Shown here piece after piece: positions 47,361 to 56,168 of a stretch of 64,000 bases of DNA. Below the pieces are notes generated by a model that made no database searches, was not told the DNA's origin, and saw nothing but the letters and a program-made list of their open reading frames with translations. A program made the translations under genes and the position numbers. How positions within the stretch are numbered: the first letter of the stretch is position 1; each line of letters opens with the position of its first letter. The DNA comes from an uncultured bacterium (lineage in GTDB: Bacteria > Fidelibacterota > Marinisomatia > Marinisomatales > TCS56). The stretch spans positions 1,623-65,622 of the forward strand of contig CAYTPW010000009.1 in NCBI GenBank assembly GCA_964439935.1, in the 5' to 3' direction.

Positions 47361-48617
47361 ATGACATCACATCCACTAATAAAGCTGATAGCCGATAAAA
47401 ATCTGTTGGGGAATCTAGCCGACGAATATGGCACTCCGACCTACATCTATTCGCAACCGCGCCTGCTCGACAATATTAACCGACTAGATAAAGCACTGCG
47501 GCAGAATTTTGATAAGTATCATATCTGCTATGCAGTTAAAGCAAACAGTAATCCTAATTTAATTGCGGTGATGAAGGCTCACCTGCCCAACCTGGGTGGA
47601 GATTGCGCAAGTCCTGGTGAGATCGAAGCAGCTTGGTTAGCCGGAATCAAATCGCAAGATTGTATTTACACTGGAAATTATGAATCGCCCGCAGATTTGC
47701 AGTACGCCCTGGATTCTCGCATTTGCATCAATCTGGATGATGTATCATCATTGGACCGTTTAGCGCGCCTAAAGCTACCGAAACGTCTGTCATTCCGGCT
47801 TAATCCCGGATTTGGTAGGGGCATGTTTAAACAGATCAATACGGGAGGTGAAAAGGCAAAATTCGGTGTTCCCCGACATGATATTATTAATGCTTATTCG
47901 AAAGCGTTGAATCTGGGAGTCAAACGTTTTGGGCTACAATGCATGACCGGATCCGGTATTTTGGATAAAGATTATTTTGCAAGCTTATTGACCGCAATCC
48001 TGGATTCCGCTAAAAATATCGATACAGAACTCGGCATTAAAATGGAATATATATCTATCGGGGGTGGGCTGGGAATTCCATATCAGGACAAAGATCAGCC
48101 CCTGCCAATTGATTACGTGATGAAGCAACTTGGTGAAGTTTTTTATCAATATTATGACCGGAAAGCAATCGATTGTCCAGCTCTATGGCTCGAGCCGGGT
48201 AAGTATATTGTTGGCGATAGTGGATTCGTATTATCAAGAGTAACCGGGATTAAAAAAGGGTACCGCACTTTTATTGGTTTGGATGCTGGGATGGAAACCA
48301 TCCTTAGACCGGCCCTCTACCAAGCATACCATAGATTTTTAAAGGTCGGTGATCCCGATGCCAATCCGGTTGGCAAAGTCGACTTTACCGGCCAGATTTG
48401 CGAAAATACAGACCGCCAGGCCATTGATCGGTCTTTCCCTTCTGTCGCAGAAGGAGATTTAATAGCGATTATGGATGCGGGAGCATATGGATTTGTAATG
48501 TCAATGAATTATAACTCACGTCCCCGGCCGTCGGAGGTTTTATTGACTGAATCGGGATCCCAGTTAATTCGCCATCGTGAAATGATCGATGATATTTATG
48601 CTAAATGCATTTTATAA
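47361..48617 (+). CDS. lysA: Diaminopimelate decarboxylase (PLP-dependent, Orn/DAP/Arg decarboxylase family 2)
   Basis: LADEYGTPTYIY N-terminus, PLP lysine in YAVKAN, then GGGLGIPY, EPGKYIVG, CENTD and AGAYGFVMSMNYNSRPRP. ATG at 47361; the track uses the TTG at 47352. Confidence 0.85.
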   Translation: MTSHPLIKLIADKNLLGNLADEYGTPTYIYSQPRLLDNINRLDKALRQNFDKYHICYAVKANSNPNLIAVMKAHLPNLGGDCASPGEIEAAWLAGIKSQDCIYTGNYESPADLQYALDSRICINLDDVSSLDRLARLKLPKRLSFRLNPGFGRGMFKQINTGGEKAKFGVPRHDIINAYSKALNLGVKRFGLQCMTGSGILDKDYFASLLTAILDSAKNIDTELGIKMEYISIGGGLGIPYQDKDQPLPIDYVMKQLGEVFYQYYDRKAIDCPALWLEPGKYIVGDSGFVLSRVTGIKKGYRTFIGLDAGMETILRPALYQAYHRFLKVGDPDANPVGKVDFTGQICENTDRQAIDRSFPSVAEGDLIAIMDAGAYGFVMSMNYNSRPRPSEVLLTESGSQLIRHREMIDDIYAKCIL

Positions 48618-51048
48618 AAGATTAGTTGGCTTCCTGATCTTATTGGGCATAATAGTCGCCCAGGATCACCAATCGATCCATCAGGAGCAGGCTGAATATT
48701 ATCGGCAGAATTATCGTCACCCGGCTAAACCCGACGACAGTGGTCCTCTGCTACCCAAGCAATTGCGAACAACTGAACCAAGTCATACTGTATTCGGTTA
48801 TCACCCTTACTGGATGGGAACTGCCTGGCAGAATTATAATTACAATTTGCTTACTACTGTTGCTTGGTTCAGTGCCGAAGCAACCCCAACCGGGCAGTTG
48901 AGCGATCTGAACGGCTGGCCGGTAACCGGATTGATTAACCTGGCACATTCCCATGGAGTCGAGGTTGTACTTTGCGTGACCCTGTTTGATGACGCGGATC
49001 TGACCACACTACTGAGCAATCCTTCTTATCGCCAGAATTTGATCAATAATTTGATCGCACAGATTCAAGCCGGGAATGCGGATGGCGTCAATATTGATTT
49101 TGAAGATTTCCCCAGCTCGCAAGAAAATAGTATGGTCCAATTTATCAGCGATTTGACTGACGCATTCCATTCGCAAATCCCAGGATCGCAGGTTACACTA
49201 GCCACTCCTGCTGTGGATTGGAGTAATGAATGGGATTACAATGCTCTGGCGGCTGCCAGTGATGGCTTATTCATCATGGGCTATGGCTATCATTGGTCAG
49301 GCAGTGACTACACCGGTGCGATTGCTCCTTTAACCGGTGGATCTTACAATATTACCTGGACCGTAAATGATTATCTAACCAAGACGAATAATCAATCTGA
49401 TAAAATCATCCTGGGCCTACCCTATTATGGTCGCGAATGGGAAGCTGTAAGCGCCAGTCCCGGAGCAGCAACCCTCAGTTCTGGAGCGGTACGGTTATAT
49501 GATGCTGCCGAAGCACTGGCAATGACCTACGGCAGAATCTGGCACGGCAGTTCACAGACTCCCTATTATACCTATCAAAATCCCGGTTGGTACCAGGGCT
49601 GGTATGACGACAGTTTGTCATTATCCATAAAATACGATCTGGCGATCCAGAATGATCTTCAGGGTGTGGGAATGTGGGCATTGGGCTATGACGGTTCAAG
49701 TCCCAAATTATGGCAAGCGCTGGCAGATAAATTTGGTGGAGTATTACCACCCACGGAACCGCAGAATTTTACCATCAGTAATCTTGGGAATGGAACTGTT
49801 GAAATTGATTTTAGCGGCTCTAATTCGGCAGATAGTCTCACCATTCTGCGTCACTATCTAAATTCAAGTCAAATTGATATACTTGGCACATATGACCAGC
49901 ACCCGATTCTGGTCAATAGTTTAGCAACCACCGAGACCTATTTTATCAGCGTCGTTGCTTCAAACGCTGCTGGTGATAGCCCCGCGACCGAAATACTGGG
50001 TGTCAAACCAGATACTAATCTATCCAATGCGTTGATAATCAACGGTTTTGACCGCCAGTCCGGAACTACTAATCCCCGAAACTACTTTACTCAGCACGGA
50101 TCTGCACTAGGGCAAGCTGGAATCAGCTTCGATGGTGCCTGTAATGAAGCTGTTATTGAAGGATTGATCAACCTGAATGATTACACCGTGGTGGACTGGA
50201 TATTGGGTGAAGAAGGCGCTACAAACTCAACATTTACACTCGCAGAGCAAGCTCTAATCCAGGCCTATCTTGAACAAGGTGGACATCTTATGGTCTCAGG
50301 TTCCGAAATCGGCTATGACCTGGTTGACCAAGGTAATAGCCTGGATCAGGATTTCTATTCCAATTATCTTAAAGCAGAATATGTCACAGATGCCGCCGGT
50401 GGCCAATCTGGTGTTTATCAGGCCTGGGGAGTTTCAGGAAGCATTTTTGATGGTATCAATGCAATCAATTTTGACAACGGAACCCATGGAACTTATGATG
50501 TCGATTGGCCTGATGGCATTTTACCAATCGTTGGGGCACAAAATTGTGCCCGTTATACCTCTGTGGATTACGACGCTAAAGGTGGTACCGGAATAGTATA
50601 TAATGGTCCCTTCGGAACCAGTACGGCATACGGGGCTCTGGTTTATTTGGCGATCGGTTTTGAAGCTATATATCCGGAATCAAAGCGAAATGAGCTTATG
50701 TCGCGGATTACTGATTATTTTGATCAAGCGGAAGGTGGAACAATCAATCCCCCTGAAATACCAGTCGAATTTGGAATCACCTCAATTTACCCAAATCCGA
50801 CTAATAGTACAGTCACGATTGAGTTTTCATTGGCCTTAAATGTCGCTCAACCGGTTGAAATTAGTATAATTGATATGCTGGGTCGCACAATTCAAACATT
50901 AGTTCTTACACAACAACAATTAACTAATAACCGAGTAAGCTGGAATGGATACTCTGCCAAAGGTTCTATTGCTCCGTCAGGGGTATATATTGCCTTGCTA
51001 AAATCCGGTTCAAAATCCGATATCAGTAAATTTACGGTATTAAAATGA
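48598..51048 (+). CDS. Secreted multidomain glycoside hydrolase family 18 protein with Fn3-like region, unknown domain and T9SS C-terminal domain
   Basis: Signal peptide. GH18 catalytic block ADGVNIDFEDF (DxxDxDxE). An Fn3-like segment (PPTEPQNFTISNLGNGTVEIDF), then an unassigned domain of about 250 aa. The C-terminus is YPNPTNSTVTIEFSL...GVYIALL...KFTVLK. The start is 48598 or 48589, overlapping the lysA end. Confidence 0.8.
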   Translation: MLNAFYKRLVGFLILLGIIVAQDHQSIHQEQAEYYRQNYRHPAKPDDSGPLLPKQLRTTEPSHTVFGYHPYWMGTAWQNYNYNLLTTVAWFSAEATPTGQLSDLNGWPVTGLINLAHSHGVEVVLCVTLFDDADLTTLLSNPSYRQNLINNLIAQIQAGNADGVNIDFEDFPSSQENSMVQFISDLTDAFHSQIPGSQVTLATPAVDWSNEWDYNALAAASDGLFIMGYGYHWSGSDYTGAIAPLTGGSYNITWTVNDYLTKTNNQSDKIILGLPYYGREWEAVSASPGAATLSSGAVRLYDAAEALAMTYGRIWHGSSQTPYYTYQNPGWYQGWYDDSLSLSIKYDLAIQNDLQGVGMWALGYDGSSPKLWQALADKFGGVLPPTEPQNFTISNLGNGTVEIDFSGSNSADSLTILRHYLNSSQIDILGTYDQHPILVNSLATTETYFISVVASNAAGDSPATEILGVKPDTNLSNALIINGFDRQSGTTNPRNYFTQHGSALGQAGISFDGACNEAVIEGLINLNDYTVVDWILGEEGATNSTFTLAEQALIQAYLEQGGHLMVSGSEIGYDLVDQGNSLDQDFYSNYLKAEYVTDAAGGQSGVYQAWGVSGSIFDGINAINFDNGTHGTYDVDWPDGILPIVGAQNCARYTSVDYDAKGGTGIVYNGPFGTSTAYGALVYLAIGFEAIYPESKRNELMSRITDYFDQAEGGTINPPEIPVEFGITSIYPNPTNSTVTIEFSLALNVAQPVEISIIDMLGRTIQTLVLTQQQLTNNRVSWNGYSAKGSIAPSGVYIALLKSGSKSDISKFTVLK

Positions 51049-52352
51049 AATCAATTACCATCCTGTTTGCAGTAGGAATTTGTGCTAGTTTCGTAATGGC
51101 TCAAAATCACCCCTCGATCCACCAGGAACAGGCACGGCAACACAAAGGGCAGATTAATCCACCAGCGGACAAAATTAATGTCCTGAATGGGATTGATGTT
51201 TTGCTGGAGCAGCAAGCTAACAGGTTGACTGGCAAGAATATCGCACTGGTGACAAATCATTCCGGGATTGACAAACAAGGTCAGCCCAATTATCAACGCT
51301 TAATGGAACTGGAACAAATCAACCTGCAGGTTATCTTTTCACCCGAGCATGGATTATTCGGAGAAGCCGCTGCAGGTGAAAAAGTGAAGTATGGAAAAGA
51401 TATTAAAGAATTACCTGAGGTAATAAGTCTATATGGGAAAATAAGGAAACCTACAGCGGAAATGCTCAATGGTATTGATCTTATTCTTTACGACATCCAG
51501 GATATTGGCGCACGTTTTTACACCTATATTTCTACGATGGGTCTGGTAATGGAGGCAGCCGGTGAATTGGGAATACCGATTTGGATTCTTGATCGACCTA
51601 ATCCGATTCGAGCAGATTTGGTGGAAGGACCTGTTTTGGATATCAATTATCAGTCTTTTGTTGGCTACTACCCGATTCCGATTCGTTATGGCTTAACGGC
51701 AGGAGAACTGGCACAGATGATCGTTGGTGAAAAATGGATAATCACAATTCCAGAACTTGAAGTAATTCCATTGCAGGATTGGACTCGCGATCGCTGGTTC
51801 GATGAAACTGACCTGCCCTGGATTAAACCATCTCCGAATATTACAGACCTCGAAACAGCGCTAATCTACCCTGGTATGTGTCTATTGGAAGCTACTAATG
51901 TCAGTGAAGGCCGGGGTACCTATCAACCATTTAAAAAGTTTGGTGCTCCCTGGATCGATGGCCACCGATTAGCACAATCGCTTAACAAACAACATTTGCC
52001 AGGCGTTATATTTAAACCGGTACAATTTATTCCCGTATCTATCCCCGGAATGTCAGGTAAGCCCAAGTACCAGGACTTAGCTTGTCAAGGAATCGAAATA
52101 GTGGTTACTAATCGAACGAAATATCGAAGTTTAATGGTGGGAATCAGCGTCCTGTCCACAATTCAATCACAGTATCCGGATGAATTAAAATTCCGGACGA
52201 ATAGCTTAAACCGATTATGGGGATCAGATTCACATCAGGCAACGATAAATTCATATCCCGAACAAACCGAATACATTGATTCCGGCCAGGTGGAATATCA
52301 TGAAATTGCAAAGAAATATCATATTTATTCCAATAGTTACAGAAATCCCTAG
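51045..52352 (+). CDS. namZ: DUF1343 / NamZ-type exo-beta-N-acetylmuramidase
   Basis: 435 aa with a signal peptide. GKNIALVTNHSGID, SLYGKIRKPTAEML..IDLILYDIQDIGARFYTYISTM and EGRGT closely follow my recollection of the B. subtilis YbbC/NamZ pattern. ATGA overlap with the GH18 stop. Confidence 0.8.
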   Translation: MKSITILFAVGICASFVMAQNHPSIHQEQARQHKGQINPPADKINVLNGIDVLLEQQANRLTGKNIALVTNHSGIDKQGQPNYQRLMELEQINLQVIFSPEHGLFGEAAAGEKVKYGKDIKELPEVISLYGKIRKPTAEMLNGIDLILYDIQDIGARFYTYISTMGLVMEAAGELGIPIWILDRPNPIRADLVEGPVLDINYQSFVGYYPIPIRYGLTAGELAQMIVGEKWIITIPELEVIPLQDWTRDRWFDETDLPWIKPSPNITDLETALIYPGMCLLEATNVSEGRGTYQPFKKFGAPWIDGHRLAQSLNKQHLPGVIFKPVQFIPVSIPGMSGKPKYQDLACQGIEIVVTNRTKYRSLMVGISVLSTIQSQYPDELKFRTNSLNRLWGSDSHQATINSYPEQTEYIDSGQVEYHEIAKKYHIYSNSYRNP

Positions 52353-52489
52353 ACAAATCTCAAATTAATCTGCCATCAAAATTAAGTGACCAAAACAAGT
52401 AACTTCCATTATGACCTCCATGTTGTATTTTCTGAAAGTTACTAATCCTATTCAAACTCGGATTCCACCGATTAAATCTTGTATTTAAT

Positions 52490-53932
52490 ATGAAATTATT
52501 GATCCGATTGCTTATCTTGTCTACTCTGCTTTTTATAGGTGGGTGTTCTCAGATTCCCCGAACGTACGCCGTCAAGGGTCACCCTATCCTGTCACATAAA
52601 ATTAAGTCTGCTATTGACGATTCGGGATTGGTAACTAATCTGGGAATCAATGTACTAGATCTGAGGAACGGAAAAACCCTGTATCAACTAAATTCCAACC
52701 ACCTGTTTACCCCGGCCAGTAATAATAAATTATATACCGCGGCGGCCGCACTCCATTACCTGGGACCGGATTATCGCTTCAGTACTACGGTCTGGACAGA
52801 TAGCAGTGGCATTACAAACGGTCGGGTCAACAAATTGATACTGAAAGGCGGTGGCGATCCTGATTTTTCCCTGACCAGTCTTGATTCTCTGGCGGGAGTC
52901 CTCAAGCAGGATATCACCGCCATCGATACATTAATTGTTGATAATTCCCGTCTCGATTCAATTCGTTTTGGTGAAGGTTGGATGTGGGATGAAGGTTCCT
53001 GGTGGTATGCTGCACAGATCGATGCCATGTCCCTGAATGACAACTGCATAGATATTGATATTGCTCCCGGAATCCTCGGTCAGGCACCGCAAATAACAAT
53101 CAATCCACCAACCAATTATGTGACCTTGAACAATCTTTCTCAGACCGTCGCCGATACGTTGGATTTACAATCCATGAAAATTGAGCGGCGCTGGTGGGAT
53201 TTCAGCAATACTATCGATATCACCGGTGATATACTATTTACCGAGGAACGAGACACTATTTACCGAAATATTGAATATCCGGCACGATTTGCCGGAAAAA
53301 CATTCAGCGAATCGTTGATCAGGCAGGGTATTTCGTTTGATGGACCGATAATTATCGAAACCATCCCACGTGGCACACAGCTGATTGCGGAACATATTTC
53401 AGATTCTCTTTTCGTGTCGTTAAGGAATTTCTTAAAAGAGAGTGATAACCTTACCGGTGAACTTCTGATCAAGACAATCGGCCGGGAAACCAGCGGTCAG
53501 CAGGGTAATTGGCAAAACGGTCTGCTGGCAGTAAAAACATTCTTAAATGATATAGCCGCTATCGACACCACCGAATTGAGGATGGTCGATGGTTCCGGCG
53601 TATCCCGGTATAACCTAACCAGACCCGACCAATTAGTAACGATTCTGGAATATGTTTTTAATCAATCCGGATTCAAGTCCGAATATCTGGCTTCCCTACC
53701 ATTGTCCGGAGTTGATGGCACCTTAGAAGAAAGAATGGAAAATGACCGAGCCAAAGGCCAGATTTTGGCTAAGACCGGGACCCTCTCCGGTGCAAGTTGT
53801 CTGTCCGGTTATGCTTTTACCAGTTCTGGAACACCGTTGGCATTTTCGATCATGATGAATGGATATGTGGGATCATCGGGACCTTATCGAAAACTTCAGG
53901 ACGATATCTGCACAATTTTGGCAACCTATTAA
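52490..53932 (+). CDS. dacB: D-alanyl-D-alanine carboxypeptidase/endopeptidase (PBP4, peptidase S13), lipoprotein
   Basis: 480 aa, lipobox FIGGC, SxxK (ASNNK), SxN (SDN) and KTG (AKTGT) motifs. Confidence 0.88.
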   Translation: MKLLIRLLILSTLLFIGGCSQIPRTYAVKGHPILSHKIKSAIDDSGLVTNLGINVLDLRNGKTLYQLNSNHLFTPASNNKLYTAAAALHYLGPDYRFSTTVWTDSSGITNGRVNKLILKGGGDPDFSLTSLDSLAGVLKQDITAIDTLIVDNSRLDSIRFGEGWMWDEGSWWYAAQIDAMSLNDNCIDIDIAPGILGQAPQITINPPTNYVTLNNLSQTVADTLDLQSMKIERRWWDFSNTIDITGDILFTEERDTIYRNIEYPARFAGKTFSESLIRQGISFDGPIIIETIPRGTQLIAEHISDSLFVSLRNFLKESDNLTGELLIKTIGRETSGQQGNWQNGLLAVKTFLNDIAAIDTTELRMVDGSGVSRYNLTRPDQLVTILEYVFNQSGFKSEYLASLPLSGVDGTLEERMENDRAKGQILAKTGTLSGASCLSGYAFTSSGTPLAFSIMMNGYVGSSGPYRKLQDDICTILATY

Positions 53933-53945
53933 GGGAGAAGAATAA

Positions 53946-54875
53946 ATGATAAAACCATTACGGTTAAAACCTGGTGGGACGATTGGCATTGTAAATCCGT
54001 GCTACTGGTTGAAAGAGGAATTCCTGACTAAAACAGTTAAAATTATGGAGGCACACGGGTATAAAATCCAGTTGGGCAAATCGCCCGGACTAAAGGACAA
54101 TCTATATGCCGGTACACCGCAAGAACGGGCCGATGATTTGATGAACATGTTCATAGATCCGGATATCGATGCTATAGTTTGTGCGCGTGGTGGTTATGGT
54201 GCTAACCGTGTTGAGCCGCTGCTGGATTACGATCTAATTCAAGCTAATCCCAAAATATTTATGGGATATAGCGACATCACTGTTTATCACACTTCAATCA
54301 CCCAAAATACAGGCTTAATCACTTTCCATGGCCCAATGCTGGTAACCCACAAAGATGAAGAGCTTGAATATAATTTTATCAATTTTGAATACGGTGTTGT
54401 TAATGGAGAGCCGTACACAATCACTCCACCGGACGACTTCCCGTCTCAGATTCTTAAGCCAGGTCAGGCTGAAGGTCCTTTGTGGGGTGGTAATATATCT
54501 CTACTGGTCAACCGGCTGGCAACTCACCGGCAACTGGATACTGATGGTGTAATCCTGTTCCTGGAGGATATTGACGAATACTTATATTCCTTCGATCGCA
54601 CAATGTACCATTTGCGGCAAACCGGAATGTTTGACAAAATCAACGGTCTTATCATCGGTGAAATGTATGAAATGAAAGATACTGAGACTCCGTTTGGCAA
54701 ATCAGTCGATCAAATCGTAATGGATGTCTGCGGCGATCTGGATATTCCGATCATTTCCAATTTTACCTGTGGTCATGGCCGCTACCAGGCTACATTACCA
54801 ATTTCAATCTCATCCCGGTTGCGAGCCGATGGTGCTATTCCGACGTTGGAAATTCTTGAATCACCCGTCAAATAA
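53946..54875 (+). CDS. ldcA: LD-carboxypeptidase (muramoyltetrapeptide carboxypeptidase, peptidase S66)
   Basis: 309 aa, PGGTIGIVNP, ARGGYGANR, GYSDIT (nucleophile Ser) and a C-terminal GH motif. No signal peptide. Confidence 0.88.
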   Translation: MIKPLRLKPGGTIGIVNPCYWLKEEFLTKTVKIMEAHGYKIQLGKSPGLKDNLYAGTPQERADDLMNMFIDPDIDAIVCARGGYGANRVEPLLDYDLIQANPKIFMGYSDITVYHTSITQNTGLITFHGPMLVTHKDEELEYNFINFEYGVVNGEPYTITPPDDFPSQILKPGQAEGPLWGGNISLLVNRLATHRQLDTDGVILFLEDIDEYLYSFDRTMYHLRQTGMFDKINGLIIGEMYEMKDTETPFGKSVDQIVMDVCGDLDIPIISNFTCGHGRYQATLPISISSRLRADGAIPTLEILESPVK

Positions 54876-54886
54876 AGGGAAATAAT

Positions 54887-55522
54887 ATGCTCAACTATAT
54901 CTGGTTCGGATTAATGATGATTGCAATCATCGTTGGAGTAATCAACGGTTCATTAACTGAAGTGACTAATGCTGCCGTGAATTCTGCCGCTGTGGCAGTG
55001 AAAATCGCATTAGGCCTGATTGGCATCATGGCCATGTGGTTGGGAATCATGAAAATTGCCGAAAAAGGCGGCCTGATTAAAATCCTTGCTCGTGGTATCA
55101 GGCCAGTGGCGCGTTTCCTGTTTCCTGAGATACCCGACGGTCATCCCGCTATTGGTGCCATGATGATGAATATCACCGCTAACTGGCTGGGGCTGGGTAA
55201 TGCCGCTACACCACTTGGGTTAAAAGCCATGGATCAATTACAGAGTTTGAATCCATCTGCTGATACAGCTACAAATTCCCAGATTACTTTCCTGGCAATC
55301 AATACCGCCAGCATTACCTTTATTCCAATGACAGTAATCGCGGTACGCGCCGAACTCGGTTCGGCAAATCCATTTGAAATTATCAGTACCGGAATCTTTG
55401 CTTCCACCTGTGCCTGTATCGCTGCCATCACTGCTTCACGTTTATTACAGAAATTGCCTTCTTCACGAGGTAGCGATCCCATGAAAAAAAATACGAATGA
55501 AAAGGTGGTGCAAAATGATTGA
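54887..55522 (+). CDS. spmA: Nucleoside-recognition (Gate) domain membrane protein, SpmA-like
   Basis: 211 aa polytopic protein. The N-terminus MLNYIWFGLMMIAIIVGVINGS resembles B. subtilis SpmA. Confidence 0.8.
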   Translation: MLNYIWFGLMMIAIIVGVINGSLTEVTNAAVNSAAVAVKIALGLIGIMAMWLGIMKIAEKGGLIKILARGIRPVARFLFPEIPDGHPAIGAMMMNITANWLGLGNAATPLGLKAMDQLQSLNPSADTATNSQITFLAINTASITFIPMTVIAVRAELGSANPFEIISTGIFASTCACIAAITASRLLQKLPSSRGSDPMKKNTNEKVVQND

Positions 55523-56099
55523 CACATTGGCTACTACCGCAGCAGCTGCTGTATCCGATCCCCTTTTCACAGTGATTATGAAAGGGATATCCAATCTGGC
55601 GATCCCGTTCCTGTTATTCGTTATTATTCTGGTGGGTTTCATTCGGAAGGTCAAGGTTTATGAGGTTTTTGTTGATGGAGCCAAAGAAGGTTTTGATGTT
55701 GCCATACGGATAATTCCCTATCTAGTGGCAATATTGGTAGCAATCGGCATGTTCCGCGCTTCCGGTGCGATGGACTGGCTGGTGGCAATCTTATCACCAG
55801 CTACAAATCTGATTGGAATGCCGGCCGAGACGTTGCCGGTGGCTCTGATGCGTCCACTGTCTGGTAGTGGTTCGCTCGGAATTGTAACTGAATTAATCAA
55901 CACTCACGGTCCGGATTCATTTATCGGTCGTCTGGCTTCGACTCTGTTTGGGAGTACTGAAACGACTTTCTATGTGCTGGCGGTGTATTTTGGGGCTGCT
56001 GGTATCCGAAAGAGCCGCCATGCCGTCGCTTCCGGATTGATCGGTGATTTCGTAGGTATAATGGCCGCTGTTTTCATTTGTCGAATCGTATTCAGCTAA
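55515..56099 (+). CDS. spmB: Nucleoside-recognition domain membrane protein, SpmB-like
   Basis: About 194 aa polytopic protein with MRPLSGSGSLG and STETTFYVLAVYFGA motifs. Start 55515, or 55497 in the track. Confidence 0.8.
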   Translation: MIDTLATTAAAAVSDPLFTVIMKGISNLAIPFLLFVIILVGFIRKVKVYEVFVDGAKEGFDVAIRIIPYLVAILVAIGMFRASGAMDWLVAILSPATNLIGMPAETLPVALMRPLSGSGSLGIVTELINTHGPDSFIGRLASTLFGSTETTFYVLAVYFGAAGIRKSRHAVASGLIGDFVGIMAAVFICRIVFS

Positions 56100-56168
56100 T
56101 TCTTGGTAAATTTGACAGGTAATTAAACTTATCATTTCCGTTGACCTCATAGAAACCTAATTTCAATC

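Noticed and set aside
52398-52443. 8-bp inverted repeat AGTAACTT ... AAGTTACT between namZ and dacB
   Set aside because: The 30-nt loop and AT-rich 8-bp stem make a weak structure without a T tract. In AT-rich spacer this could be chance, so it is not called as a terminator or regulator.
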